This document shows, in pieces, positions 1-11,386 of a DNA stretch of 64,000 bases; position 1 is the stretch's first letter; the number at the start of each line of letters is the position of its first letter. Position numbers and translations under genes: made by a program. The stretch comes from Minutocellus sp. GHC0000111 (lineage: Eukaryota), in contig OZ361256.1 in assembly GCA_977018835.1 (NCBI GenBank), positions 310,001-374,000 on the forward strand, read 5' to 3'. The notes below the pieces were generated by a model that saw nothing but the letters and a program-made list of their open reading frames with translations, was not told where the DNA came from and did no database searches.

Positions 1-278
1 CTTTGTTGACTTGGATGGCGTCGTTTGCCGTACTCTGCACGTCAAATCGAAGCTCGGTGTTCTGTAAGTCCACGTCATCCTTTTTTCCAAACCCAGAGCG
101 GCAAGTACATGTAAGTTGCAAAGTTGACGCCTTGGAGGATGTCTCTACCGGTACCGATACCATGGTACGAGCCTCTAGCTAGATAGAGGAACTCACGTGA
201 GTCTACGAGTAAAGATCTGATTACAGTACCCCCTATATATACATGTAGCTAACAGTAGTTGAATTGCATTTTTACTTT

Positions 279-1529
279 TCAGTCTGTTCTTTCATCTTCA
301 CCCTCCTTGTGTGGATCCTCGCCAACATCTTTCGCGTCTCCTGTCGTTGCTCTTGCCTGGCGACGCTCGGCCGCCGCAAGTGCAAGTTCCTGCGGAGTGT
401 TGTGTCCTCCCTGTCCTCTAGCCTGAGCGCCACCATTTAAATCCATCGAAGATCCACCTGCTCCACCAAGTCTCTGCCCAGCTGCGTCAACAGTTTTACC
501 CTCAGCTTCGAATTCTTCACATCTCTTTAATATAGCTGGTGCCACAGCACCGAGAGGGATGCCATGCTGAGCCATTTCTCTCGCCACTTCCTTCAGCACA
601 CTGTCGCAGATCACCTTCAATCCTCCAGTACAGAGATTTGCAACACCAGCAAGTGAGGCAGTGGTCCTACCGTTGACATAATATGCCGAGGCAGCAAGTG
701 AGGCGTGACGATGCAGATATTCCACTCTCATTTGTCCATAATTCGCCCAAAACAAGGCGTCATGCTCTGCTACCCAGTTGTGGGATAGTTCGTGAATCAA
801 CGTTTCAACCACTTTTTCGTAAGGAATGAATCCATTGAGGTCATCCGGACGAAGCTTTACATCGATCCGCAAACCCTGATTTGTATTGTATCCCAGCAAA
901 CATGCACCCTCCTGCTGCTTCTTTTGCATCAGTCGATCATCTATAGGATCCATTTCTCCCAGTGTATTTACCACCAACTCCCTCTCCACCATGATTGCCA
1001 CAATGCCTGGATCGGTCGACAATTTCTCAAGAAGTCGACGCGCCTCGAAGTCGTGAGGTGTGTTGCTGTTGGGTCGATGCCCGAATGATTGCCAGCTGCA
1101 TTGCTCGATACGAACAAACTTGTAATGTCGATGTTGGGCAGTCTTGGGACCCCAATACAAATTCTTGGCCTCAACTCCAATTTGCTTTTCGTTGTCAAAT
1201 CCTCTCATCAACGGGTCAGACTGACGCGCATTGAGTTCCGAAACATCCTCGATAAGGGAGGCCATGATGACGATTTTCGGCACAGGCTTGGGGTTGATAC
1301 CGGGCGGAAAGACTGCAGATGCCTCGTCGCCATTGCCCAACACCTTGCCCTTGAGAATCAGTTTTATCTTGGTTCGTTCATCATCTGCCAACTCGTCCGG
1401 AAATGCCTCTCTTGCGACAGCGTGCAATGACGAAGACGAGATGTTTGTGGGCACGGCGACGCGCTTCGTTTCAGGAAAGACAAACTTCACTTCAATTTGA
1501 GGAGATTGGGTACTAGCAGAGGTCTCCAT
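279..1529 (-). CDS. Ubiquitin-like + WLM (Wss1-like) metalloprotease
   Basis: 416-aa ORF. N-terminal Ubl-like segment (IKLILKGKVL). WLM motifs LLGYNTNQG..I.VKLR and HELSH..V..HD..FW (HExxH). Confidence 0.85.
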   Translation of the reverse strand: METSASTQSPQIEVKFVFPETKRVAVPTNISSSSLHAVAREAFPDELADDERTKIKLILKGKVLGNGDEASAVFPPGINPKPVPKIVIMASLIEDVSELNARQSDPLMRGFDNEKQIGVEAKNLYWGPKTAQHRHYKFVRIEQCSWQSFGHRPNSNTPHDFEARRLLEKLSTDPGIVAIMVERELVVNTLGEMDPIDDRLMQKKQQEGACLLGYNTNQGLRIDVKLRPDDLNGFIPYEKVVETLIHELSHNWVAEHDALFWANYGQMRVEYLHRHASLAASAYYVNGRTTASLAGVANLCTGGLKVICDSVLKEVAREMAQHGIPLGAVAPAILKRCEEFEAEGKTVDAAGQRLGGAGGSSMDLNGGAQARGQGGHNTPQELALAAAERRQARATTGDAKDVGEDPHKEGEDERTD

Positions 1530-1604
1530 TGTGCTTCTTTGATATAAATATATTAAGGGCGATTGGTACGGACGGAACTTTACTCAGGAAAGGCAATGAG
1601 CTGG

Positions 1605-1650
1605 AATGAAAGATGAATGAATCGAATCATCGAATCGAATCGAATGAATC
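1605..1650. repeat. Imperfect (GAATC/GAATG)n microsatellite in a divergent promoter region
   Basis: gaatgaaagatgaatgaatcgaatcatcgaatcgaatcgaatgaatc lies between the divergent WLM and sulfotransferase-like genes. Confidence 0.6.
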
Positions 1651-1846
1651 AGCCCACACGGCGAAGTTCGGCGCTTTTTTTATGCGCCACCCACGCACCG
1701 CCACGCCATGCCACGCCATCGCATCGGCGCCGCGCAACCCATGCTATGCCCACCCTTCCCGCCCACACCCGCCCCAATCGCCCGCCCAAGCAAAGCAAGC
1801 TCGTAGCTTGAACAATCTACGGCATGATGCTCGCCAGTTCTCGACG

Positions 1847-2921
1847 ATGAAGCCACTCTCCTTCAACACAAGGCGTGGCAGTAACAGATCGAGAACACCG
1901 TCAATACGAGCATGTTGGAAAGGCATCCTCCAGCTTGCAATTGTCGGAATTCTCTCCACTTATGCCGTTGGTATGTGGCTGGGCTTGCGATATGCTCTTT
2001 ATTCGAGTGATTATGAAACCGACACGGGAGGGGATCAACCGGTCAACAACATAAAGGCAATTGCTATCCTTGGAGAGCGCAACTCTGGCACGCGATGGTT
2101 GTGGACGCACTTGAACGAGTGCTTCAATCATTCCATACCAGAAAAAGGGAGTTGGTGCGGTATAAGCACTGGTTCCAAAGTCCTGACTACAATATGTCAA
2201 AGATCGCCCAAAACACCCTTGTGCTGACAATTTTCCGCAATGTGTACGAATGGGTCGAAGCGATGAGGAAAACTCCACACCATGCATCGAACCATCTTTG
2301 GTTGGATTGGAAGACTTTTGTAACGAGACCATGGACGATGGAGAGAACTGGCGGTGACTTGTTCTTAGCAAACCAAACGGGAAGGATTTGCCAAGAAGGA
2401 TTTCATTACCACGAGGTCGTGAGTTGTTTGAAGAGACCGCTTCCAGATGAATACTGGCGAGGGAGGAATCATTCTTTCTCCGAGCGACAACCGTTTTACG
2501 AAATGGACGGAAGTGGCGAGCCGTTTGCCAGCGTTTTGGAATTACGATCGGCAAAAATACAGTAAGTTGCGCTACGGTCGCCTTTGTCGTTCCTTGCTCT
2601 TTTTTCAGGAGGATGAAAACTCCCATTGCTCACACACTTCTTGTCCTTCGTACTTGCTTTGTTCCTTATAGCAATTTTCTTTCCACAGCAGAGTATGATA
2701 ACGTTTCAGCTCTATGGATTTTGCGGTATGAAGATTTAATCAAGCGGGGGACATCCAAGTTGATTCAAAAGGTTGAAGCAGCAACAGGAACATCGGCACG
2801 CTGCATACCTGTCGAGGCGCAGGGCGATCGTCATAGGCGACAACTGGACATGGGCATGATCAAATGGCTAATGAAGCACGTCGACTGGGAAGCTGAGTCG
2901 TTTATTGGCTATCACAAATAA
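1847..2921 (+). CDS. Type II membrane sulfotransferase-like protein (1 intron, 1-nt frameshift near 2141)
   Basis: TM helix, then LGERNSGT (5'-PSB-like), YKHWFQ, FRN.YEW and LRYEDL. Intron 2562-2671 (gtaagt..tag) gives AKIH/NFL, matching the paralogue at 14747-15886. One base is missing at ~2141. Confidence 0.75.
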
Positions 2922-3247
2922 ATAATAATCGGGAATTTACGTAACGCCAAAGGGCACACCAAATAAATTAGGGCATCAATTTACATGTATGTGATTGGTT
3001 TTGCGATACCCTCCTATAAGATGTATGCAGTAGATAGGCTGTTAGTAACTTTGAAAATGAATGCTATTCTCCATTCAACATCCCAATGACGCGATGACCT
3101 TCTCGAAGTGGAAGGATGAGCGCTCCAATAGTTGGAACTACCGGTAGCTACATAACTACGTAGCAAAAAATGCCTGTCCTCAAAACATTCGCCACGCTCA
3201 TGTAATGGATGATGCCTGCCATATGTCTGAATCCCCAACAAATACAA

Positions 3248-3877
3248 TTACTCCACCTTAACTTCCTCAAGATCGCCCTCATAGAGAGAGCAAGTGAAGC
3301 GGATAGCGGTAGTGTCCTCGTCGCGGCCTTCGAAGCGGATCTTGGTCCATTCCAGACGAAAGTAAAGGTCGATCCCGTCCTCCTTGTCCCGGAGGTACTG
3401 ACGCGCAATGGCGATGGCCCGGACGGCATTGAAGACGGCATCGGCCCCGATGGCCTGCACGGCGGGAGTCTTGCGCTCCCTGGCCGCGTTGGCGATGGCC
3501 CCAGCACTGAGCTTGGGATCCGTCTTGCCACCGACGGTCAGGTTGGCCGTCTCGGCGGGGGTGGGCAGGGTCTTGTCGGCAAACTCCTCCACGTCTTCCA
3601 CGTACAGCTCGATTTCCGTTCGGTTGCCACGGAAACTGGGGATTGCCACCACCGTCTTGGCGGGGGTGGTCTCCTTCTCGAGACGCTCGGCGGCGATGAG
3701 AGTTGCCTTGACACCGACGTCGGTAGCACTGGAATGCTTGCTCCAAACCCTCACGGGGAAACCCTGCTTGGAATCGGGGAGAGCAGCCAGACTAATCTTG
3801 CGAGAGAGGGACGAAGCGCTGCCATCGGCCTTGCAGAAGACACGGCGGCCAGTGTAGTGGGGAGGGCTGTCAGTCAT
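3248..3877 (-). CDS. Tandem SpoVS-domain (Alba-like fold) protein
   Basis: C-terminal half LTVGGKTDPKLSAGAIANAARE..AVQAIGADAVFNAVRAIAIARQYL..DGIDL matches the SpoVS pattern. The N-terminal half is a degenerate repeat (GVKATLIAAERL..VVAIPSF). Codons are strongly GC3-biased. Confidence 0.75.
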   Translation of the reverse strand: MTDSPPHYTGRRVFCKADGSASSLSRKISLAALPDSKQGFPVRVWSKHSSATDVGVKATLIAAERLEKETTPAKTVVAIPSFRGNRTEIELYVEDVEEFADKTLPTPAETANLTVGGKTDPKLSAGAIANAARERKTPAVQAIGADAVFNAVRAIAIARQYLRDKEDGIDLYFRLEWTKIRFEGRDEDTTAIRFTCSLYEGDLEEVKVE

Positions 3878-4276
3878 GGTTGGGTACTATACTATTACGT
3901 AGCAACGGTTTGGGATATGGGACGCGAAGCAAAGGTTCTCGATCTGGTGGGATTCAATAATTTTGATACCGGCAAAAATTATAAGCTGCGAAGAAGCGAT
4001 CGGTAGGCGAGGGCAGAGGAAAGGTGCCAGGGAAATTCAGGAGAAAAGGCGAAAGGGTGTTGAAGGCGCAGTCGGTAAAACAATTGCGGAATAATAATAA
4101 GAACACAAGATGTACAGATTGCGGTGGCCGGTATCGGTACGCGCGACAAAAGATACGTTTCGTACGTACGTGTAGCCGTACGGAGCCCCCCTCTTTGCCT
4201 ATCTTAGACTCTCGTCTCCTCTTTTCCTCTGCCTTCCTTTCACGTTTTTCAGTTTTGCTCATAATCATGCGCCACC

Positions 4277-6646
4277 ATGCCGAGCAGCAGCACGATGAGC
4301 GGCGATACCGACTTCGTCCAGGCAGCGCTCCGTTCCCCCACGGGGGCTTCCAGCAGGGGAAGGGGCTCGAATGCCGACGTCACGTCTCCTGCCCCCGGTG
4401 GTACCACCTCCGACGCATCTGAGCAGGAGCGTCTGTCGCAGGACCTGGCTCTATTTCTCTCCAACCCAACGCTCCGTTCCGCTCTGGCCGATGGCTCTCT
4501 CGACCTGGCCTCGTACTCCTCGACGGTCGAGGCCGAACTGGCCACGCTGGAGTCGGAGTGCATCGGCATCTACCGTGCCAACGCCGGTAACCTGTCGCAG
4601 CTCCGCACCGAGATGGACGAGTGCGATGCCGTGCTCGCTTCGTTGCAGGAGCTGCTTCTGGGATTCCAGGCCGACCTCGCCGGTCTGTCGGGGGACATCA
4701 AGAGCCTTCAGGACCAGTCTCGCACTCTCAGCGTCCAGCTCAAGAACCGACGGGATGCCGAGCTGGGCCTCAGGGGATTCTTGGAACGCATCGTCGTACC
4801 GCCACAGCTGGCCGACACCATCTGCACCGGCGGGGTCGTCGACAAGTTCGTCCAATGCGTTCGGGAGTTGGAGGAGAAATACTCCTACGTTCACCTCGGA
4901 AAGAGCACTGACCCCACCGAACTGGAGCTGATGGAACGCACCAGCTCGGGCATACCGCCGGCGACCACCGTGGCCGGGAAAGAGATGCAGGCGCACATCC
5001 TCAAGCTGAGGCTGACGGCCGTGGTGCGGATAAGAGAATACTTCTTGGCCAAGTTTGCCGAACTGCGCCGACCGCGGACGAACGTCCGGATGATCCAGGT
5101 CAACCAGCTTCTACGATACGGCGATTTGACGGACTTTCTCATCACCGCCGCTCCGGATGTGTACCAGGAAGTTCGGGATGTATACATCGAGTCCATGGGG
5201 AAGACGCTCCATGCCCTGTTTCGGACCTACTCGGCGCAGCTATCGCGCTTGGATTCGAGAGTTGCCAACAGAAACGATTTGATTGCCATTGACGATGCCA
5301 CACTCCGAGACGCATTCAGTACCAAGGTCAACATGGCCAAGAGGGCCGACGCCTTCTGCTTGGCCGATCGGGTGAATGTTTTGGAGATGACGACAGCTGC
5401 AGATCGGCAGCCGATATTGGCCCACGTGGCCATGGCGGAAGGCGAGCGCTATCCCTACGAAATCATCTTCCGGTCCATTTGCACCCACCTCATGGACGCA
5501 GCCACCAATGAGTACGTGTTTGTAAGGCAATTTTTCAAGGAGAATGGAGCGGATGCCTTTACAACGATATTTTCCAGAAGTCTAAGCCTGGTACTCGAGC
5601 AGACAGAAAATTACTTGTTCAATTGCCACGATGCCATCGGTATCCTTTTGATGATCAAGTTGACGCATGCCAACAGACGGATCATGAAGTCCCGCAACGT
5701 AGATGTGTTGGATGGATTCTTTGATCGTGTCACGAGTTTGCTGTGGCCAAGGCTGAAGATGATTATGGATGCCCAGATCCGTTCGGTCCGTGGGGCGAAT
5801 GCCAAGAAGCTCGGCGGTGTGGAACTCCATGCTCACTACGTCAGCCGACGATACGCCGAATTCACCGCCAGTATCCTGTTGATTCTCAACAAAGGGAAGA
5901 AGACGGCAGCTATCGAACGGAGTGCATCGGGGGCATCCGTCGGAAGGTCGGGTGCATCGGCGTCACAGCCGCAAAAACAGCGCAGCTCCAGTGACGCGGA
6001 CGATATTGGCTCTATGCATTCGACCGGACCATCTCATCGCGGTTCCGCGGGTGACATGCTTGTTTCAGATCTTGCCACTCTATTGGAAGAAACAGTACTG
6101 CTCCTTGAGCGTCTTGCAGAGGTGCATCCTACCAACAAGAAGAAGTCCATCTTTCTTATCAACAACTACGACCAAGTTCTGTGCATCTTCCAAGAGCGTC
6201 GAGTTGCAGGCAAAGAAGTCAACCGCTTTGCCGAGCTGCTGATGCAACAACGCGAAGTCTTTGTCGAGGAAGAGTTGCTTCAGGGTTTCAGCAAAATGAT
6301 TGCATTCGTACAGCAGACCGAAGGGCAATTCGCCCGCAGCGCCACCGGCCAGGAGAAGAAAGTCGATGTTAACCAAGCTGTCGTTGAAGGCTTGGTCCGT
6401 GAGTTTGCGACGTCATGGAAGCAAAATATCGAGCTCATCAACCGAAATGTACTGTCCTACTTCTCCAACTTTCGAAATGGTATGGAAATTCTAAAGCAAG
6501 TCTTGACGCAGCTTCTTTTGTATTACACTCGATTCCAAGACATTATTCGCAAGGTGTACAGAGGAAAGCCACCAGCATTCTCGAAGGATCTCGTGTCAAC
6601 AACTGTTATTCTTGCCGAGATCAAGAAGTACGCTCTTAGCATATAA
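4277..6646 (+). CDS. VPS52: GARP complex subunit Vps52
   Basis: 789-aa ORF with FQADL..LS.DI..LQ.QS..L...LKNR, LLWPR, HYVSRRYAEF, FLINNYD and FSNF.NGMEILK.VLTQLLLYY. Confidence 0.93.
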   Translation: MPSSSTMSGDTDFVQAALRSPTGASSRGRGSNADVTSPAPGGTTSDASEQERLSQDLALFLSNPTLRSALADGSLDLASYSSTVEAELATLESECIGIYRANAGNLSQLRTEMDECDAVLASLQELLLGFQADLAGLSGDIKSLQDQSRTLSVQLKNRRDAELGLRGFLERIVVPPQLADTICTGGVVDKFVQCVRELEEKYSYVHLGKSTDPTELELMERTSSGIPPATTVAGKEMQAHILKLRLTAVVRIREYFLAKFAELRRPRTNVRMIQVNQLLRYGDLTDFLITAAPDVYQEVRDVYIESMGKTLHALFRTYSAQLSRLDSRVANRNDLIAIDDATLRDAFSTKVNMAKRADAFCLADRVNVLEMTTAADRQPILAHVAMAEGERYPYEIIFRSICTHLMDAATNEYVFVRQFFKENGADAFTTIFSRSLSLVLEQTENYLFNCHDAIGILLMIKLTHANRRIMKSRNVDVLDGFFDRVTSLLWPRLKMIMDAQIRSVRGANAKKLGGVELHAHYVSRRYAEFTASILLILNKGKKTAAIERSASGASVGRSGASASQPQKQRSSSDADDIGSMHSTGPSHRGSAGDMLVSDLATLLEETVLLLERLAEVHPTNKKKSIFLINNYDQVLCIFQERRVAGKEVNRFAELLMQQREVFVEEELLQGFSKMIAFVQQTEGQFARSATGQEKKVDVNQAVVEGLVREFATSWKQNIELINRNVLSYFSNFRNGMEILKQVLTQLLLYYTRFQDIIRKVYRGKPPAFSKDLVSTTVILAEIKKYALSI

Positions 6647-6839
6647 AAAAAGAGAGTTTTCGATAGATAAGCGATCGAATAGAGCCAATTGTTCATAAAA
6701 CTGTATTAACTTAAAGCCATTTAGTTTGTGATACTTAAACCAATACCACAAGTAAATAATCTCTCAGTAGCGCCGAGAAAAATGCCCGCACAAACCTTCC
6801 TGGAAGAACGCCAAGTGCATGAAAACGCCGCAAGCAAAC

Positions 6840-8903
6840 TTAATAGTCAGCCTCAACAGAATCGGCATTGATGTCCATGTCCAAATCCTCTCCGGTCACC
6901 CGCTTATAGAGTGCAAGCATATCCTCAACATCACCCTCAAAGTGCGAGGTCTCATCGAAGGAGGAAGAGATGAAGCACTTGTTGGTGGTGCCATCGTCGA
7001 CAGGAGCATAAGTGGTCGCCACGGTAGTGAAACGCTGAATGACATGGCCCAAGAGATCAAGACCGGGCTTGACATCCTCCTCCGGATTGCCCTTCTCGGC
7101 CAAGGTCGAAACGATAGCAATATAGACACCACGAGCGGAAACAGCGTGGGCCGACGAGATGGAGCAAACGAAAACATCGTTCTTACGGCCGACCTGAGGG
7201 CCGGGGATGATGATCTGGGCCGACTCCTGATCATTGGTGTTGGGGATGGGGTGGTTGAGGAGGCAGATGCACCGAACGATCTTACCGGTGGGCCGGATGG
7301 CATCCTTGGGGAAGTACGAAGGATCACCGATGACCATCTTGGCCTTGGCCATTTCATTGCCCGACTTGATGCCGTACGCAACACCGTTGGCATCCTTGAG
7401 GATTTCATCAACATCGCGGTTCAGCATGAAGGTTCCACCATGGATAGCGCAGAGACGGGAGAAGCCCTCGGGCAGACCGCCAAGACCGTACAGGGGGTAG
7501 ATGTAGGGGCTGGTGCCGTAGCGCGCCAGGGAGTAGCAGTAGCACTGCAGCTCCTTGACGGTGGGGGCAGCGGGCTGATCGAGGTGGTCGTCGTGAAGCT
7601 GGAGGCACATGGCGTGCGAGATGAACTCGTGAGTTTCGGGGACAAGTCCAAAGTCAACGTACAGCTGCCTCATGGTCATGGTGTTGAGATCGCGTCCCTC
7701 GTGAGTTTCCGGCTTGTCAGCCTCGTATTGGTCAATGTACATGAGGAACTTGCGGAAGCGACGCTTCTCGAACAGACCCATCAGAGGCGATCGAAGGGCC
7801 TCCTCGGGGGTGGCGGGGACCTTGAGGACCTTGCCGTTCTTGTACACGTACGATCCATCGATGGACTTGAACTCCAGGTAGCGAGTTACCTTGGAATGGA
7901 GGAGCATCTTGGTAAGATTGCCGCAGGCCATAATGAACTTGGGGATGAGATCGACGTTGTAGTCGCGGTTGGCACCGACGAAAGACGGGGGCTCACCGGC
8001 CTTGAACTTTTCGTACAGGTTGGTGAGGTTGAGCGAAGCGCAGTCGGCACCGTAGTATCCGTTGCGATCGACGTGCAGGACCTTCATACCCTTGACACTG
8101 AGCAGACCGGAAATGACGCACTCCTTGAGGCCGGTACCCATGATGATGGCATCGTACTCGCCATCGGCGAGAGGCTCCATGCCCTCGGGCAGCCAGTCAA
8201 AGGTCTGTTTTGATATTTCAATAAATGATTTCAGCTTTGTATTACAGTCATCAAGGAGCAAACAAAACGAATCCACAGGTTGAGCACGACAGTGTTTGAA
8301 CGACAGGCACGAGGTGAGGAAGGAGAACAAAGATACATGAGATTGGAATGGACGGAAAGCAATTGAAAAATAAAGCACAAGATGTGCGGGGAAGCCCTCT
8401 CCTGGTCATTCATTGCTCCCGTTACTACCAATGCCGACAATCCTCCCACGGCACGTGGATCCAGGCATGCGGAACGCAAGCAACAACGCAACCTGTCTTG
8501 CGTCAGCCATCGGAATCTTGCAGCAGAACAGTGGAACCCCGCCGAAATTAAAACTCGCAAGAGAATTCCGCACCAGCTCATCCTCGGGGCAGCCAACCCA
8601 ACAAATCACCTGCAGCAGTCATCCTGAATTTTACACGAACGACGCATGTGTGCGGCACCGACGCTGGCCACCTCCTCTCGTCGCTCCTCTCATCTCTCTC
8701 GCCTCGGTCATTCCAAAAAATCTTGCGTTTCCTGCAATCCGTTGTTCGTGCTCATCGGAGAGGGCCATGCTTGGCCCCATCATGTGCGCCGAGAGGCCAA
8801 CGCGGTAGGATCCATGTCCCCCAACACTCTAATGAGCAACATCCTTCAAGATGTCCGGTGCAAGACGTACCGGCTTGGTCTCTTCTCCTGTTTCTTCGGC
8901 CAT
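6840..8903 (-). CDS. GDI1: Rab GDP dissociation inhibitor (predicted exons 8903-8871 and 8204-6840)
   Basis: EYDAIIMGTGLKEC, VLHVDRNGYYG, RDYNVDLIPKF and SPYIYPLYGLGGLPEGFSRL. Short first exon MAEETGEETKP|gtacgt joins in phase 0 to cag|TFDWLPEG. Confidence 0.9.
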
Positions 8904-9081
8904 GGTTGCTTATGCTTGCTTCTCAGCAGTAGTTTTGTGCCAGCAGGTTGGATCGTCGGCGAATAATCAGAGTTTGGAGTTTTTGAGGTTTAATTCGTCG
9001 CAACGTCATTTCGAAGCTCTCGGAGCGACATCATCCAATGGCCTCAGAACATAACAGAACACATAAAACTGACGAAAGACC

Positions 9082-11236
9082 ATGGTGGCCCTGACGACTC
9101 CGGGCCGCTCCATGGCCATGGCCGCCGCCATCCTCTCGGCGGTGGTCGGCGCGGCGAGCGGAGAAGGTGAGTGATATTGATTTGGCTTGTGCCAAGCGCC
9201 GGGTGGGCGGGCTGCATGTTATCTTCTTGGCGATGTGTCGAGCGAATTCGATCGTGATGACCTTCGTTGTGAGAAACACAAGTGGCGCATGCATCATGGG
9301 ATTGAGTTTGTTGACACATGGATATCCATCTGGTTGACACTTGCCCTTACACGTTGAAAATCCCCATCCCTATTCGCTTTCCGCCCTTGGCAGTCATTCG
9401 CCTCCAAATGGCCCCGGCCTCGCCGATGATGCACCAGCAAGTGCTCGTTCGCCGACCGGTCCAGCCAGCCGCTGCCGCCCAGCAGACGCACCACAACTGC
9501 CCGATGGCCCGCGCCGTCGAACAGGTCCACGAGGCCTGCGCCCAGGAGATTGCCAACACCTGCCAGGCACCCAAGCCCACCCCCCAGCCGGAGGATCCTC
9601 TCGAGGCATTCTTCGGCATCGGACGTGGCGCTACTAGCTCTGCGCAAACCCGACAGATGTCCGCGGATCCCTTCGCCGCCATGCGTTCGACGATGGAGGC
9701 CGACCCGTTCTTTCGGTTGGCCATGACCCCACCCTCGGCGTTCACTTCGGCCTCGGCCCTGTCCCCGTTCGGATCGTCGACCCTCCTCGACGAGCTGTTC
9801 GGTGGTGACTTTGGCCGCCTCGATCGCCTCATGGACGACATGATGGACAGCGCCCTTCGCTTCGGTACCATGGCCTCTGCCGCCGCCGGGGAGGGCGTTC
9901 CCATACAAAAGACGATCGTGAGGGTTGTCAACGATTCACCGGCACCAGCCGCCGAGGAAGAGCAGAAGAACGAAGCCGAGGAGAAGGAGGAGGAGGCTCC
10001 GGTCGAAGATGCAACCCCAGCCGATATCGCCGAGGCTGCGCTGGAGAAGATGGTGAATTCTTTCCTAGGACCGAGGCTGCGCTGGAGAAGATGGTGAATT
10101 CTTTCCTAGGACATGTCGTTTCGGCATCCGCCTCCAAGGCATCGCAGGCCACTCGGGCTACCAAATCCTCCGAGGATGAGGTTGTAAAGGCTGTAGATGC
10201 CGCAGAAGAGGAGGAGGAGGTGGAGGAGGAAGAAGATGACCATCCCCAGGCTCCCCGTGCTTCCGATGGCGACATCCAGCGTGAGGTTCTGAGCCACGAC
10301 GATGCCCCTGCCCCTCCCACCACCGTTGACACTGACGCCGATTCGATCGAAGCCTCGTACGGTCTCAATGGCCTCGACCCCATCGCCATGGCACGAAGCA
10401 TCGTCCAGCGCGGCAAGGCCATCCTCCAGGAAGAGCAGGAGAAGGAAGATAGCGAGGACGATGACCACGAGCTTCGCCGCCGCCGCCGTCTCACCTCCGT
10501 CGAGGAGGGCGAGGAGGCTGCCGACCCCACGGTCCGACGCCGTCTGGCCCGCCGCCTCACCGAGGTCATCCCTCTGGTCGGTATACCCACCGGCGTCACC
10601 GTCATCCCTCTCCAGGACGGTGGACTTCGATTCCTCCTTCGCGAGCCTACCCCCTTCCAACAGCAGCAACAGTCACGCCCTGCCCCCGTCCAGCACGTTG
10701 GCCCGACCCCCCGCCTCATGCTTGGCTGCGGAACCGACAATTGCTTGTGGGATATGTTCGACGGACGCGATGCGGCCATGTCGGCCCAGTGCGCCAACAG
10801 CCTGTCCAACGTCCGTGCCACCTACTCGCAGCTCGTGCAGGCCGAGCAGCGCAAGGAGCAAGAGATGGTGAATGCCCTCTTGAGCGAGTTCCGCCTCGGT
10901 GACGAGAGACAGAGCAGACCCATGACCGGTGCCCAGACGGACCCCGCGGTGGTATCTCCCGTCATGTTTTGGCTGTGGCTGACGTTCTTCGTTGTGTCCA
11001 TTTACGCCTGCCTCAACGCCGGCGGCGATGACGACGATGATGAAGAATATGACGACGAGGCAATGCCCGATCTCGAGGGACCAGAATATGTTATCCTGAG
11101 CGACGACGTCAAGTCGTCGCAGGTCAATCACATCCACATTTCCTCCCCCTGCCAAGGATTTTCTCGCTCAACGAAGAAGAGCCCGAATCCTTCGGAGGTA
11201 AAAGTTTACACTGGCATTCCCGTCCAGGTGGTCTAA
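9082..11236 (+). CDS. Signal-peptide, single-pass membrane protein of unknown function, frameshifted by a 41-bp tandem duplication
   Basis: Exon 1 9082-9166 is a signal peptide. Intron 9167-9393 (gtgagt..cag). Acidic low-complexity lumenal region with RRL motifs, TM helix MFWLWLTFFVVSIYACL, C-terminus GIPVQVV. Removing one 41-bp copy restores a single frame. Confidence 0.7.
10030..10111 (+). repeat. Perfect 41-bp tandem duplication
   Basis: ccgaggctgcgctggagaagatggtgaattctttcctagga occurs twice (10030-10070, 10071-10111). Confidence 0.97.
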
Positions 11237-11258
11237 CAGGACAGGTGGTCTAACAGGA
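11225..11258 (+). repeat. Perfect 17-bp tandem duplication spanning the stop codon
   Basis: caggtggtctaacagga occurs twice (11225-11241, 11242-11258). Confidence 0.95.
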
Positions 11259-11386
11259 CATGTAATATGATATCTCATTCTGGAGAAAAGAGCGAGGACA
11301 ACACACCAGGGCCGCCGAATGGAGGGTAGTTTCCAAGTTTTTAATTGTTTGTAAAAATATAAAAGGAGCCCATTTGAATATCTTTT

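Noticed and set aside
6819..8213. Long antisense ORFs (464 aa here; also 58279-59871, 54916-56199, 29864-31006, 14915-15946 and 3209-4006)
   Set aside because: These are codon-aligned shadows of GC3-rich genes on the other strand, with no independent motifs.
8231..8253. TGATGA and CTGA on the minus strand of the GDI intron as a C/D snoRNA
   Set aside because: The boxes are only 13 nt apart with no upstream partner box or terminal stem, and CTGA lies at a branch-point-like position.
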